64,000 nucleotides of DNA. It comes from Octopus vulgaris (taxonomy: Eukaryota). The notes beneath the pieces were generated by a model. It was given only the letters and a program-made list of their open reading frames with translations. It had not been told where the DNA came from and did no database searches. A program made the position numbers and the translations under genes. The DNA is taken from contig OX597823.1 of NCBI GenBank assembly GCA_951406725.2, positions 49,476,001-49,540,000 of the forward strand, given 5' to 3'. This document shows, piece after piece, positions 63,491 through 64,000 of the stretch (the stretch's first letter is position 1; each line of letters begins with the position of its first letter).

Positions 63491-64000
63491 TGGCCTATCT
63501 CGTCATAATTTTTAAAAAAATTAAGACTGTCATTGAAGGTACAACTTTTCCAAAAAACAAAAAAAAAGAGAAAGCGCTGCATTATTGAAAGCCAATTAAA
63601 TAGCTCTTAGATTTTTACATAAAAGTCAATTTGAGTATATATCATTACAAATAACTTGTCATGTTTTAGATTTTTCCTGATGAGTAAGGATACCTACCCT
63701 ACTTAACTCTGAACTGTGTATTTACTTAACATTTGTAAAATGCCAACAAATTTGTAAGCAGTCGTCTATATAAATTAAGTAGTCTTTATTAATTACATTG
63801 TCTTTTCAAAAGGCATCTCTTTCTGTTTGTCAGCAACCAAAATGAACAGGCAAACAACTCTGTCAGTAGTGGTACCATCCATAGCAAATCTTCAAACCTG
63901 AAGAGTCTACTATTGACTAAGGCACAAAAGAATCAGTGAGGAGGTTTTTACACTTACTGACACTGCATGTTGTATTGTGCTGAAAGCTACCCAGCTCTAA

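Noticed and set aside
63677-63720. CTGATGA followed by a weak stem, as a possible third hammerhead
   Set aside because: No GAAA follows stem II. Other CTGATGA hits (~1571, 23899, 56116, 59632, 61455) also lack the fold.

Overview
This is AT-rich eukaryotic DNA, dense in microsatellites and repeats. The repeat repertoire suggests a coleoid cephalopod (Octopus-like) genome; that is an inference from recalled repeat families, not a search result. No complete protein-coding gene is present, and nearly all ORF-track entries are (TA/TG/CA)n or SINE artefacts. Supported content: (i) decayed non-LTR retrotransposons: an R4/Dong-like RT at 1-~2000 (-), a CR1-like RT with its 3' tail at 12322-13710 (-), and a CR1-like 3' remnant at ~56100-56700 (+); (ii) dozens of copies of several modular SINE families, labelled A-E here (my labels); (iii) three TTAA-flanked piggyBac-type MITE families and a hAT-type element with an 8-bp TSD; (iv) two Penelope-type minimal hammerhead-ribozyme motifs, one fused behind a tRNA-like Pol III head, which is the most unusual element seen; (v) several fold-back or inverted-repeat structures that would form dsRNA; (vi) strong + strand splice acceptors and small exon candidates in TE-poor blocks. 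The last point suggests the window lies inside the long introns of an unidentified, alternatively spliced + strand gene. All exon calls are tentative and need RNA-seq.
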